A stretch of 32,000 nucleotides of DNA, taken from NCBI GenBank assembly GCA_025340205.1, contig CP006868.1:180001-212000 (forward strand). The letters run 5' to 3'. The DNA comes from Ignicoccus pacificus DSM 13166. Its GTDB lineage: Archaea; Thermoproteota; Thermoprotei_A; Sulfolobales; Ignicoccaceae. Below the pieces are notes generated by a model. It was given only the letters and a program-made list of their open reading frames with translations, had not been told where the DNA came from and searched no databases. This document shows, piece by piece, positions 1 through 9,584 of this stretch. Both the position numbers and the translations under genes were made by a program. Position 1 is the first letter of the stretch. The number at the start of each line of letters is the position of its first letter.

Positions 1-35
1 TGCTGGATGTAATGCCATAAAGTCGCTGCCCGAGG

Positions 36-305
36 TCACCGCTTAAGCCTCCTTATCCTAGCCCTCATAACCTCCTTGTCAATCATCCACTTGAGCTCTT
101 CCTCGGTTACCTCCCAGCAATGCGGATCACATACGATCCTTCTAAGAGAAAACCAGAGCTTATCGAGGAACCTTGCCACCATTATCCTAAGCTTCTGGGT
201 GCTCTTGGCCCTCCTCTGAAGTAGCCTTACGTAGAGCCTCTTCAGACTCTTCTTGGCCACGAACCACAACGCGCCCTTCAGTAGCCCTTCTAGCAAGATG
301 CTCAC
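36..305 (-). CDS. hypothetical protein, basic, 89 aa
   Basis: Open frame upstream of and divergent from the radical SAM gene; no recognised family. Confidence 0.4.
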   Translation of the reverse strand: MSILLEGLLKGALWFVAKKSLKRLYVRLLQRRAKSTQKLRIMVARFLDKLWFSLRRIVCDPHCWEVTEEELKWMIDKEVMRARIRRLKR

Positions 306-395
306 CTAAGTTCACTCAAGTGATCGAAGTAAGATGTGGACACCGAACTCCTTTGACCGAGGGGTATTACATAAGACAAGACTTTAGACTAGGGG

Positions 396-2204
396 TTGGT
401 GCTAGAATTTCAGAGGGAACGGGTGAGTGCAGTGGCCACAGTATCCGAGCTGAGGATAAAGGAGCTACCGAGGAAACCTTCGACCTTCAAGGAGACCTAT
501 GTGGAGATAGCTGGAAGGAAGATCCCGATAGGAGGTCCCTTCCCGAAGCCCAAGGAGGGGGAAAGGGTCGTAAAGGTAACCAATAGCCTGTGTCCTCAGT
601 GCTATCGCTTGCTTCCCGCAATAGTGGTTGAGAGGGAAGGTAAGGTCTATATTAGAAGAATATGTCCGGAACACGGCGAGATAGAAGAGGTATACTACGG
701 AGACGCCGAGATTTACCATAGGTTCGAGAAGTGGGAAAGGGATGGAACAGGAACCTTGGCACATGTGGACTTGACGGCTCCGTGCCCGTTCTCGTGTGGC
801 CTATGTCCCCTTCACAAGTCCCACACCGCCTTAGTGAACCTAGTCGTGACTAACCGCTGTGACCTAACTTGCTGGTACTGCTTCTTCTATGCTGAGAAGG
901 CGGGATATGTCTACGAGCCCACTTTAGAGCAGATAAAGTTCATGATTGAGCAAGTGAAGAAGGAGAACGTACCGGTGGCTGTTCAGCTGACCGGCGGAGA
1001 GCCTACTATGAGGAAGGACTTGGTCGAAATAGTTAGACTCCTTAGAGAGATGGGGGTCAGACACATTCAGTTGAACACACACGGAATTAGGTTTGCTGAG
1101 CTCTACCTAGAAGACCCCCAAAAGGCGATCGAGTACACCAGAAGCCTGAGGTACATGCCAGATGGGAGAATCGGAGTAAACACCGTTTACCTATCCTTCG
1201 ACGGAGTAACTCCTCAGACCAATCCCAAGAACCACTGGGAGGTGCCTTACACTTTTGCGGCTTTTAGAAAAGGAGGAATGACCTCAGTAGTCTTAGTCCC
1301 CACGGTAATTAAAAACTGGAACCTCCATGAAGTAGGTGACATCGTCAGATTCGCCGCTTACAATATGGATATAGTGAGAGGAGTCAACTTCCAGCCAGTA
1401 TCCTTAACTGGACTCATGCCGAGGAGGGAAAGGAATCAAGCGAGGGTGACGATACCTGACTTGATAAAGGCGTTGGAGGAGCAGACCGATGGACAGATAA
1501 GGAAGGAGCATTGGTATCCTGTCCCCGTCACCGTGGCCTTCTCCAGATTCATGGAGGCCTTCAGTCCAGATACCCCTCACTTCGAGATGACCAATCATCC
1601 CATGTGCGGAGCGGCGACATATGTATACGTGGAGAGGAAGGGTAAGGACGTAAAGTTCATCCCCTTGCCGGAGTTCGTGGACGTCGAAGGACTGGCGGAG
1701 TACTTGGAGGAGAAAGCTAGGGAGTTAGAAGGAGGTGGAAAGTTCACCAAGGCTAAGGTCGGAATGAAGGTGTTATATAACTTGAGGAAGTTCATAGATC
1801 AAGAAAAGGCGCCGGAGGGCTTCGACTTCTGGAAGATACTCTACAACGTCCTACTCAAGAGGAACTACTCCGCGCTAGCGGAACTCCACTATAAGCTCCT
1901 CTACCTAGGATCGATGCACTTCATGGATCTCTACAATTACGATGTACAGAGAGTGATGAGGTGCAACATCCATTACACCAGTCCAGACGGAAGAGTCATA
2001 CCGTTCTGTACCTACAACGTGCTCAATGACATTTATAGAGACTACTTGATAAAGAAGTACTCGATGAGTCTAGAGGAGGCTAAGAAGAGGATAGGAGAAG
2101 ACGCCTTGAGGAAGTACGTGAGGGATATCAAGAGGCTAACGGCTGGGAAGGAGTATCAGGAGACCTACAAGTTCTTTATGGATAAAATCAAGAAATCCCA
2201 TTAA
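396..2204 (+). CDS. tes: radical SAM protein resembling tetraether lipid synthase (Tes/GDGT-MAS, MJ0619-like)
   Basis: 602 aa; N-terminal SLCPQCYR Cys motif, CPFSCGLCPLHKSHT motif, canonical radical SAM CDLTCWYC (CxxxCxxC), LTGGEPTMR. Start is TTG 396 or GTG 399, possibly further downstream. Confidence 0.75.
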   Translation: MVLEFQRERVSAVATVSELRIKELPRKPSTFKETYVEIAGRKIPIGGPFPKPKEGERVVKVTNSLCPQCYRLLPAIVVEREGKVYIRRICPEHGEIEEVYYGDAEIYHRFEKWERDGTGTLAHVDLTAPCPFSCGLCPLHKSHTALVNLVVTNRCDLTCWYCFFYAEKAGYVYEPTLEQIKFMIEQVKKENVPVAVQLTGGEPTMRKDLVEIVRLLREMGVRHIQLNTHGIRFAELYLEDPQKAIEYTRSLRYMPDGRIGVNTVYLSFDGVTPQTNPKNHWEVPYTFAAFRKGGMTSVVLVPTVIKNWNLHEVGDIVRFAAYNMDIVRGVNFQPVSLTGLMPRRERNQARVTIPDLIKALEEQTDGQIRKEHWYPVPVTVAFSRFMEAFSPDTPHFEMTNHPMCGAATYVYVERKGKDVKFIPLPEFVDVEGLAEYLEEKARELEGGGKFTKAKVGMKVLYNLRKFIDQEKAPEGFDFWKILYNVLLKRNYSALAELHYKLLYLGSMHFMDLYNYDVQRVMRCNIHYTSPDGRVIPFCTYNVLNDIYRDYLIKKYSMSLEEAKKRIGEDALRKYVRDIKRLTAGKEYQETYKFFMDKIKKSH

Positions 2205-2287
2205 ATTTTATACTCGATGAAGAGTACTCCCGGTACTGATTAGGTGAAGAGAAGGCATTTGTCAGAGAGAAAAAATATTTTAAGAAA

Positions 2288-2446
2288 TTATATCTTGATG
2301 TTGGAAATTATATTCTGTATAGAAGATATCGCGTTCTGGAAGAGCTCGGGCTTGTAATAGTACAAGCCGCCGATCACTAATCCGAGAAGTAGTAGGAGGC
2401 CACCTACAATCATCAAGGTGGTGGTATCTATCAATCCCTTCTTCAC
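2288..2446 (-). CDS. small single-helix membrane protein, 52 aa (not in supplied ORF track)
   Basis: Manual translation from GTG at 2446: MKKGLIDTTTLMIVGGLLLLLGLVIGGLYYYKPELFQNAISSIQNIISNIKI, stop TAA at 2288-2290. Confidence 0.5.
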   Translation of the reverse strand: MKKGLIDTTTLMIVGGLLLLLGLVIGGLYYYKPELFQNAISSIQNIISNIKI

Positions 2447-2589
2447 GCTCTCACCGTTAAGCGATAGATCAGAAGGGTATTAAAGAGGAGAGTAATGATG
2501 ATGTAACTAGTTACAATCACCATACTGGTTACCTCCGAGTAATCCCTAAGCGTTATTTCCCACAACTCCATCCCTATGGGGGGTTCGTA

Positions 2590-3546
2590 ATGAAGCGTGA
2601 GGACTTGCTTAAGGAGCCGGTAGAAGACGTAAAGGTTGATCCAAAGGATAGCCTAGAGGATTTCGTGGAAAAGTTAGGGAAGATCTACGGCTTTACTGCT
2701 GGTCATCTCTACAGGGCAGTGGAGGTACTCAGCGAAGGTCTGAAGGAGGCTGATTTAAGATTCTTGTCGTTCACTGCCAATTTGGTATCGACAGGTTTAA
2801 GGGGCGTGATTTCCCAGCTCATAGATAAGGGTTTAGTTGACGTTGTAATAACTACATGTGGTACTCTAGATCACGACATAGCTAGGGCCTTAGGCTACAA
2901 GTACTACAAGGGCTACTTTGAGGCAGACGATACTATGCTTGCAGAGCTCGAGATACATAGGCTAGGGAACATATTCATTCCTATGGAGAACTACGGTCCA
3001 CCCGTTGAGAAGTTTGTGATTAACTTACTTGAAGAGCTTAATGTGGATAGAATAGCACCTTGGGAGCTGATCAGAGAAGCGGGGAAGAGGCTCAACGATC
3101 CAAATTCTATACTAAGGAAAGCATATGAGAGGAACGTACCAATAATAGTTCCCGGCATCACCGACGGGGCCTTCGGGACGGCCATCTTCACCTACTCCCA
3201 GAAGGCTAGGCTACAAGGGAAGGACTTCGTGCTCGACATACTTCAAGATGAAAAGCTGCTTTCTGATAAGGTCTTCCAAAGCGAAAAGTCGGCAGCGTTA
3301 ATCATAGGAGGAGGGATAAGCAAGCACCACACCATATGGTGGAATCAGTTCAAAGACGGTCTGGACTATGCAGTTTACCTAACTACGGCCTTTGAGTACG
3401 ATGGAAGTTTGAGCGGCGCCCAGCCTAGGGAGGCGATAAGTTGGGGTAAGATAAAGCCTAAGGGAAAGAGTGTTGTCGTTTACGGCGATGCTACCGTTCT
3501 CTTGCCGATTCTGCTAGCCGGCGTCTATAGTAGATTAGGGCTCTAG
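2590..3546 (+). CDS. dys: deoxyhypusine synthase
   Basis: 318 aa; TTCGTLDHDIAR, NIFIPMENYGPPVE, PGITDGAFGTAIFTYSQ typical of DHS. Confidence 0.92.
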   Translation: MKREDLLKEPVEDVKVDPKDSLEDFVEKLGKIYGFTAGHLYRAVEVLSEGLKEADLRFLSFTANLVSTGLRGVISQLIDKGLVDVVITTCGTLDHDIARALGYKYYKGYFEADDTMLAELEIHRLGNIFIPMENYGPPVEKFVINLLEELNVDRIAPWELIREAGKRLNDPNSILRKAYERNVPIIVPGITDGAFGTAIFTYSQKARLQGKDFVLDILQDEKLLSDKVFQSEKSAALIIGGGISKHHTIWWNQFKDGLDYAVYLTTAFEYDGSLSGAQPREAISWGKIKPKGKSVVVYGDATVLLPILLAGVYSRLGL

Positions 3547-3568
3547 AGGACGGGAAGAGGGTAGGAGT

Positions 3569-3862
3569 ATGACCGCCAGACCTCGCTTCGCTCCCTCAAG
3601 GATGGGCTTATGTCCGCTAGTGATAGCAATGGAAGAAATAGATCACGAAGAACAAAGAAGGTTTGTGAAACTCTATGATGTTGAGACAGGAAAGATGTAT
3701 GACATAGAGTTGCCCTATAACCAATATCTCCTTAGCGAGTTGAAGGGTATGTTCGAGTGCTGGGAGAGGGTATTCGAAGAACTCAAGGTTAAGTGGGAAT
3801 GTGAAAGGAAGAGCGAATGTCCGCTAATGAAGAAGCTCAACGCCTCTTCAAGAACCTCTTGA
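3569..3862 (+). CDS. hypothetical protein, 97 aa
   Basis: ORF following dys on the same strand; charged with several Cys; overlaps the end of the convergent Rpp29 gene slightly. Confidence 0.45.
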   Translation: MTARPRFAPSRMGLCPLVIAMEEIDHEEQRRFVKLYDVETGKMYDIELPYNQYLLSELKGMFECWERVFEELKVKWECERKSECPLMKKLNASSRTS

Positions 3863-4118
3863 GCCTCTCCTCAGGTCTTCCTTGAATCCTCCATCCCTCT
3901 AAGACGACCTCCTCTCCATTAGGAAGTAGAAATTTGAAATAGCCTTGCTTAAGGACAATTCTTTCTTTTTTGTCATCACCTTCTATCTTTAGTGTATGTC
4001 TAGTTTCCCCCACGATCCTTCCTTTTAGGCCCTTCAAGCTCTCTGTCGGATGTTCGATGATTTCGACGCGCAGACCTATCAGATCATGATACGGTAAGTT
4101 TTGTGGAGTTCTTTTCAT
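3837..4118 (-). CDS. rnp1: ribonuclease P protein component 1 (Rpp29/Pop4 homologue)
   Basis: 93 aa; 'DLIGLRVEIIEHPTESLKGLKGRIVGETRHTLKI...' matches the archaeal Rpp29 pattern; lies in a ribosomal gene cluster. Confidence 0.88.
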   Translation of the reverse strand: MKRTPQNLPYHDLIGLRVEIIEHPTESLKGLKGRIVGETRHTLKIEGDDKKERIVLKQGYFKFLLPNGEEVVLEGWRIQGRPEERLKRFLKRR

Positions 4119-4143
4119 GATATCACCATTAAAAGGTCTTAGC

Positions 4144-4731
4144 TCACTTCTCCTTCTCCACCTTTATCCCAGTCAAATGCATTAACAATAAGTTCATCAT
4201 GCTCTTTATCTCCCTTACATCTTCGCTCAACAAGTCAACCTTGTGATCCAATCTAGCGACAGCTACCTTTAGCTCTTCAACATCTTTCTCAAGCTCATAA
4301 ACTCTATGCTCCAAGGAGTCGAGCCTCTTGTTGGTATCGTCTATACGCTTGCTCAAAAGCTCAAACTTCTTATTGAAGTCCTCTCTTAGATCGTCAATTC
4401 TTTTGTTCAGTTCATCCCTAACTAGCTCTATCTTCTTGTCCAGCCTTTCCTCCGTCGCTTTGATATCATCCCTAAGCCTCTTCTCACAGCTATCTATCTT
4501 CTTGTCCAGTCTTCCTTCAGTTTCCTTTATCATTTCCCTATTCAGCTGAATCTGCTTGGCTAGTTCATCGTACCTAAGCCTCACTTCATTTAGAACCATA
4601 AAGAGCAATAGGAAGTTCGCTTCTTCGCTAGTCAAAGGCTTTCCGCTTTGGATCTTGTTTATCAGCTCTCCAAACTTCTCTTTTGCAAAATCATAGGCTA
4701 TCTCTAAGGTCTTGTCGACCAGGAAGGCCAA
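4144..4731 (-). CDS. coiled-coil protein, 195 aa
   Basis: Long heptad-like region (RLDKKIDSCEKRLRDDIKATEERLDKKIELVRDELNKRIDDLREDF...), same strand between rpl29 and rnp1. Confidence 0.7.
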   Translation of the reverse strand: MAFLVDKTLEIAYDFAKEKFGELINKIQSGKPLTSEEANFLLLFMVLNEVRLRYDELAKQIQLNREMIKETEGRLDKKIDSCEKRLRDDIKATEERLDKKIELVRDELNKRIDDLREDFNKKFELLSKRIDDTNKRLDSLEHRVYELEKDVEELKVAVARLDHKVDLLSEDVREIKSMMNLLLMHLTGIKVEKEK

Positions 4732-4814
4732 AGTTGAGCCCCGTCCTTAGTGCTTTGAGGTAGTATTTGTGTGAAGAGAGTTAGGTGAAAGTGGAGGAAA
4801 TGTTAACAAAGAGC

Positions 4815-5036
4815 TTACTCGCTCTTAGGCTTTCTAGCTATCCCTAACTCTTCCTCTCTATTAATGGTCAAGATTCTGGCTATAGTCCTCTTGATTACCC
4901 TTATTCTTCCGGGGTTGTCTATGTGACCCATCTTCGCTTGGTACCTGAGCTTGATCAGCTCTTGCCTTAGCTCCTTGAGCTTCTGCATCCTCTCCTCTCT
5001 GCTCATCTTCCTTATGTCGTCAGGCTTGAGCATCAC
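4815..5036 (-). CDS. rpl29: 50S ribosomal protein L29
   Basis: 73 aa; DIRKMSREERMQKLKELRQELIKLRYQAKMGHIDNPGRIRVIKRTIARILTI. Confidence 0.93.
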   Translation of the reverse strand: MMLKPDDIRKMSREERMQKLKELRQELIKLRYQAKMGHIDNPGRIRVIKRTIARILTINREEELGIARKPKSE

Positions 5037-5782
5037 TGCTCACCTCCACTGCTCTCTTGGGTCTGTTCTTGAGTCTGCTCTTCCTTTACCTCAGCCACCT
5101 CCTCGACCGTTCCCTGAGCCGCCCTCTCGGCCTCTAGCTCCTCTCTGATCTTCTTCACTACTTCAGCCACCTCCTCAGGCTCCTTGATCCTTACGTGGTC
5201 GTCGGTAGGGGCGTCCTTAGCTATGATCACCTCCACTCCCTCTACTCCGGGTTTCAGGAGGACGTGGGCTATAGCCCTCTCAGTTAACCTGACCACTTGA
5301 TTACCGCTCTTGTAGACCTTTCCAGCTATGTACTTCTCGAACCTAGCTCTCTCTCCCCTGAGCTTTCCGGCGATCCTCACTTGTGCTCCCTTAGCTCCGG
5401 CTCCCATGATTCTCCTCAAGGCGTTGTAAGCGGCCCTCCTGAAGTGATAACCCCTCTGGAGGGCTACGGCTAGCCTGAACGCCATTACTCTAGCGTTGAG
5501 CTCAGGGTTCTCAACCCTTACCACGGTAACTTGGGGATTGGGTATTCCGAACCACTCTTCGAGCACTCTGGTGATCTGCCTTATGGTCTGACCCCTCCTG
5601 CCGATTATGACTCCGGACCTCTCAGCATAGATGACAACTCTAGTTCCTAGAGGAGTCCTCTGGAGCTCGACTCCAGCGTATCCCACACTGTGGAACTTGC
5701 TGGCCAAGTACTCGTCTACCTTAGCTTCCATTAATGCTTGGTTCAAGAAGTACTTCTTAACGTTTCTCTTAGCCGCGCTCAC
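5033..5782 (-). CDS. rps3: 30S ribosomal protein S3
   Basis: 249 aa; VDEYLASKFHSVGYAGVELQRTPLGTRVVIYAERSGVIIGRRGQTIRQI (KH domain). Confidence 0.96.
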   Translation of the reverse strand: MSAAKRNVKKYFLNQALMEAKVDEYLASKFHSVGYAGVELQRTPLGTRVVIYAERSGVIIGRRGQTIRQITRVLEEWFGIPNPQVTVVRVENPELNARVMAFRLAVALQRGYHFRRAAYNALRRIMGAGAKGAQVRIAGKLRGERARFEKYIAGKVYKSGNQVVRLTERAIAHVLLKPGVEGVEVIIAKDAPTDDHVRIKEPEEVAEVVKKIREELEAERAAQGTVEEVAEVKEEQTQEQTQESSGGEQ

Positions 5783-5783
5783 G

Positions 5784-6263
5784 TTACTCCACCTCCTTAA
5801 CTATTACCTCTAGGTGGGTCCTCCTCTCGAACTCGGGAGTGGCCCTACCGAAGGCCCTGGGCATCCACCTTTTAATTGTCATTCCCTTATGAGAAGCTAT
5901 GTGAACTATCTTCAGCTTCTCCTCGTTCAAGCCCTTGAACTCTGCGTTGTTCTTGACACTCTTAAGTAGCTTCAGGTAGTACTTAGCCACCTTAACTGGA
6001 TACCTTCCGCTGGCTATCTTGGCCTTCGCTCCGAGGCCTCTCTTGTGAGCCACCTTTTTGTTATACCACCTCAGAGGGACTGGCTCCTCCATCTTGATTA
6101 CTCTCTCCAAGTACTTGATGGCTTCATCTAGCATCTTACCTCTAAGCTCTCTAGCTACCTCAGCGGCCTCCTTGGGAGAGATGGGGGCGTCCCATATCAT
6201 TGCCTTAGCGGTCTTGTCAGGGTATTGCTCAGCGATCTTGGAACTATAATGCCAAGTGGGCAT
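5784..6263 (-). CDS. rpl22: 50S ribosomal protein L22
   Basis: 159 aa; L22 core motifs and operon position between S19 and S3. Confidence 0.95.
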   Translation of the reverse strand: MPTWHYSSKIAEQYPDKTAKAMIWDAPISPKEAAEVARELRGKMLDEAIKYLERVIKMEEPVPLRWYNKKVAHKRGLGAKAKIASGRYPVKVAKYYLKLLKSVKNNAEFKGLNEEKLKIVHIASHKGMTIKRWMPRAFGRATPEFERRTHLEVIVKEVE

Positions 6264-6275
6264 AGTACCACCTCA

Positions 6276-6695
6276 TTACTTAGCTGCCACGAAGAGGCTG
6301 CTCCTAGTGGCCTTGAGACCGGGAGCTCCGTGCTGGACTATCTTGGTGCTGTGGCTGAACTCTCCTAAGTAGTGGCCTATCATTTCCGGAACTATCCTCA
6401 CCGGGACGAACTCCTTACCGTTGTAGACCTCAATGGTGAGACCTACCATTATCGGAAGTATGACCATATCCCTAACGTGCGTCCTAACCTTAACCCTCTT
6501 GCCCTTCTCCATCTCCTTCCTAGCCTTCATTATCTTCTCTAGGAGCCTCCTCTGAGCGTCGCTAAAGCCCCTCTTGAGGCTCCTCCTTTGCCTAGCTGGG
6601 AGAAGCTCTATGAACTCGTCCATGGGCATCTCCAGTAGCTCCTCCAAGGTCTTTCCTCTGTAGCGGAACTTCTTCCACTCGGGCGGGAACTCCAT
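6276..6695 (-). CDS. rps19: 30S ribosomal protein S19
   Basis: 139 aa; [64 protein letters not shown]. Confidence 0.96.
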   Translation of the reverse strand: MEFPPEWKKFRYRGKTLEELLEMPMDEFIELLPARQRRSLKRGFSDAQRRLLEKIMKARKEMEKGKRVKVRTHVRDMVILPIMVGLTIEVYNGKEFVPVRIVPEMIGHYLGEFSHSTKIVQHGAPGLKATRSSLFVAAK

Positions 6696-6822
6696 TTCGA
6701 CACCCCGTTGGCGTGCCAGGAGGTTCTAATAAAGCGTTCGAGGAGCGGTACGACCGAAGGGCGTCTAAGCAACAAATACAGATATATGCTCACATAGACC
6801 TCTCGGTGCGGGTAGCGATCCC

Positions 6823-7950
6823 TTGAAGCCCGGAAAGTACTTCGAGAGCGGAGCTTGGGCGGCGGCCATGGGCGCCTTGGCCTCAGGCGCCACCTTCTTC
6901 TCCTACTATCCAATAGAGCCCGCCACCGACATAGCCGAGGAAATGGTTAGGTACGGACCTAAGAACGGCCTCCTGGTGTTCGAGGCGGAGGACGAGATTT
7001 CCGCCCTCGGAGCTGCCATAGGAGCCTCATGGGCGGGCGCCAAGGCCTTCACCTCCACCAGCGGACCCGGATTTTCGCTAATGCAAGAACACGTCTCTTA
7101 CGCTGCTATGACCGAGACCCCGGTAGTTTTAATAAATGGAATGAGAGAGGGTCCCTCTACCGGCCAAGCCACGAAGGCAGCTCAGCAAGACGTCATGCAG
7201 ACCAAGTGGGGAGGTCACGGAGATTACGAGGTGATAGTTTACGCTCCCTACAACACTCAAGAGATGTTCGATCTTACGGTGAAGGCCTTCAATCAAGCTG
7301 AGAGATGGAGAGTCCCAGCCATGGTAATGGCTGACAAGATGACTATATTGCTAATGGAGGAAGTAGTCATCCCCGAGAAGGTTGAGGTAGTTAACAGAAA
7401 GAGGCCAAAGGTCCCTCCGGAGCAGTTCGAACCCTTCAAGCCCGAGGAGGATTTGGTCCCCCCAATGCCTAGGTTCGGAGATGGCTATAGGGTACACGTG
7501 ACCGGAGTTACTCATAATGAGAAGGGAGTTCCTGTGAGCGACGATCCTTGGGTACATCACAAGCTAGTAAAGAGACTGTGTGATAAGATAAGGAAGAACA
7601 GGGACAAGATAGTGGAGTATGAGGTCTTCGGGGACGAGGATCCTGAGGTACTAATCTTCGCTTACGGGTTCCCAGCTAGGAGCGCTAAGGAAGCAATCAA
7701 GCTGGCTAGGAGTAAAGGTATGAAGGCAGCGTTGTTCAGACCGAAGACTCTCTGGCCCTTCCCGGATAAGGAATTGAAGGAAATAGCCACCAAGGCAAAG
7801 AAGGTGATTGTGGTCGAGTGGAACTACGGTCAGATGCTCAACGAGGTACTCAAGGTAGTTCCCGAGGAGAAGGTTTCCTTCGTTTACAGGATAGGTGAGA
7901 TCCCGATACCCCCCGAATCCATATTAGAGGAAGGAGGTGTTAGGATATGA
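6823..7950 (+). CDS. korA: 2-oxoacid:ferredoxin oxidoreductase, alpha subunit
   Basis: 375 aa; YYPIEPATDIAEEM, TSTSGPGFSLMQEHVSYAAMTETPVVLINGMREGPSTG; TTG start; substrate specificity not proven. Confidence 0.85.
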   Translation: MKPGKYFESGAWAAAMGALASGATFFSYYPIEPATDIAEEMVRYGPKNGLLVFEAEDEISALGAAIGASWAGAKAFTSTSGPGFSLMQEHVSYAAMTETPVVLINGMREGPSTGQATKAAQQDVMQTKWGGHGDYEVIVYAPYNTQEMFDLTVKAFNQAERWRVPAMVMADKMTILLMEEVVIPEKVEVVNRKRPKVPPEQFEPFKPEEDLVPPMPRFGDGYRVHVTGVTHNEKGVPVSDDPWVHHKLVKRLCDKIRKNRDKIVEYEVFGDEDPEVLIFAYGFPARSAKEAIKLARSKGMKAALFRPKTLWPFPDKELKEIATKAKKVIVVEWNYGQMLNEVLKVVPEEKVSFVYRIGEIPIPPESILEEGGVRI

Positions 7951-8807
7951 GCTTGGAGGAGTCCAGGAAGAAGCTCACTCAGATGCCCGAGATGAGCTTG
8001 GCTAGAGCAGAGGCGCTACCTCACAGCCTCTGTCCCGGATGTGGAATAGGCACTATACTCAACACATTCCTAAGGGCGATGCACGAGCTCGAGGAGGAGG
8101 GGAAGCTGGACTCAAGCAAGCTGGTGGTGATCTCCGGAATAGGATGTTCCGGAAGGATAAGCGGATTCGTGAAGACGGACTCGATGCATACCACCCACGG
8201 AAGGCCGGTAGCTTTCGCCACCGGAGTGAAGCTAGCTAGGCCGGAGCTCAACGTCTGGGCGTTCGGAGGAGACGCTGACCTCTTCCAGATAGGTCTAAAT
8301 CACACGCTACAAGCAGCGAGGAGAAATATCGACATAAAGGTAGTTATGGTAAACAACTTCAACATTGCAATGACCGGAGGAGTACCTACCGTAACCACTC
8401 CCCCTAAGGCCATAACCAAGTACACTCCCAGAGGCTGGTTCGAGAGGTCCTTCAACATACCTAAGCTCATGGCTTCGGCCGGAGCTACCTACGTGGCTAG
8501 GTGGACCACAGCTCACGTCTTCCAGCTCAAGCAGACGTTCAAGAAGATGGCTCTTAGAAAGGGCTTCAGCTTCCTAGAGGTGGTCTCCCAGTGTCCGGTG
8601 CTCTTCGGAAGGTACAACAAGTTCAGAGATCCTTGGAGCATGGTAGACTACTTTATGAAGATGAGCAGAGTAGTCAAAGGCCCTCAGTACTTAGAGGAAG
8701 CAGCGATAGAGTTCGGTAAACCCATTTTGGTAGGTGAGTTCGTTGAGACTGAGGCTCCCGAGTACACCGAGACCATATACGAGGCAGAGGGGGTGGTGAG
8801 GAAATGA
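7947..8807 (+). CDS. korB: 2-oxoacid:ferredoxin oxidoreductase, beta subunit (TPP-binding)
   Basis: 286 aa; LCPGCGIGTILNTF, GIGCSGRISGF, TTHGRPVAFATGVKLARPELNVWAFGGDADLFQIGLNH; overlaps previous stop by 4 nt. Confidence 0.9.
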   Translation: MSLEESRKKLTQMPEMSLARAEALPHSLCPGCGIGTILNTFLRAMHELEEEGKLDSSKLVVISGIGCSGRISGFVKTDSMHTTHGRPVAFATGVKLARPELNVWAFGGDADLFQIGLNHTLQAARRNIDIKVVMVNNFNIAMTGGVPTVTTPPKAITKYTPRGWFERSFNIPKLMASAGATYVARWTTAHVFQLKQTFKKMALRKGFSFLEVVSQCPVLFGRYNKFRDPWSMVDYFMKMSRVVKGPQYLEEAAIEFGKPILVGEFVETEAPEYTETIYEAEGVVRK

Positions 8808-9331
8808 AGGTAGACGTTAGGATAACCGGAATAGGCGGTCAAGGAATACTAACCATGGCAAAGATATTGGGATCCGCCTTGGTAAGAGAGGGTAAGTACG
8901 CCACTCTGATACAGAACTTCGACACCTTCATATCCGGAGGAGAGAGCACTGCTGACATGAGGGTGAGCGACCAGCCCATAGAGTACCCAGTGTTCGAGAA
9001 GGCGGATATAACGGTATTCATGGCTAAGAAGACCTATCCAAGGTACATCAATAAGGTGAAGGAGGGAGGAATTGTGGTAATAAACTCAGACGTTATAGAC
9101 GAGGAACCTAAGGGCAACTTCACGGTCATAAAGGTTCCGGCCTCTAGCATAGCTAGGAAGTTAGGAAACGTAAGGGCATCTAACATGGTGATGCTTGGAG
9201 CGTTGGTAGCCAAGCTGTCCCTAGCGAATCCGGAGGTAATAAAGGAATTGATAAGAGAGAAGTTTAAAGACAAGGCAGATCTAAACATCAAGGCTTTCGA
9301 AGAGGGAATGAAGATAGGGAGGGGGATATGA
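8804..9331 (+). CDS. korC: 2-oxoacid:ferredoxin oxidoreductase, gamma subunit
   Basis: 175 aa; RITGIGGQGILTMAKILGSALVREGKYATLIQNFDTFISGGESTADMRVSDQPI. Confidence 0.9.
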   Translation: MKVDVRITGIGGQGILTMAKILGSALVREGKYATLIQNFDTFISGGESTADMRVSDQPIEYPVFEKADITVFMAKKTYPRYINKVKEGGIVVINSDVIDEEPKGNFTVIKVPASSIARKLGNVRASNMVMLGALVAKLSLANPEVIKELIREKFKDKADLNIKAFEEGMKIGRGI

Positions 9332-9332
9332 G

Positions 9333-9581
9333 ATGGTGAAGTGGAGGATTGAGATAATAGAGGACTTCTGTAAGGGATGTGAGATCTGTGTCAACATATG
9401 TCCGATAACCAACCTCTACAAAGTAGGGAAGGTGGACAAGCCTGTCTTGAGGATGAGCGAGAGGTTCGGCTACCAGGGGTATCCCTTAGTGGAGGTCGTG
9501 GATCCGACCAAGTGTACTGGCTGTCACCTCTGCGATCACGCTTGTCCAGACTTGGCGATCCACGTCATAAAGGAGGAGTGA
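9333..9581 (+). CDS. korD: 2-oxoacid:ferredoxin oxidoreductase, delta subunit (2x[4Fe-4S] ferredoxin)
   Basis: 82 aa; CKGCEICVNICP and CTGCHLCDHACP. Confidence 0.9.
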   Translation: MVKWRIEIIEDFCKGCEICVNICPITNLYKVGKVDKPVLRMSERFGYQGYPLVEVVDPTKCTGCHLCDHACPDLAIHVIKEE

Positions 9582-9584
9582 TTT

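Noticed and set aside
465-764. Minus-strand ORF opposite the radical SAM gene
   Set aside because: Fully antisense to a well-supported gene; composition typical of a spurious frame
6608-7301. ORFs 6608-6913(-) and 7029-7301(+)
   Set aside because: Overlap rps19/korA in other frames; Arg/Ser-rich shadow-frame composition
8021-9291. Several short ORFs overlapping korB and korC
   Set aside because: Shadow frames of strongly supported genes
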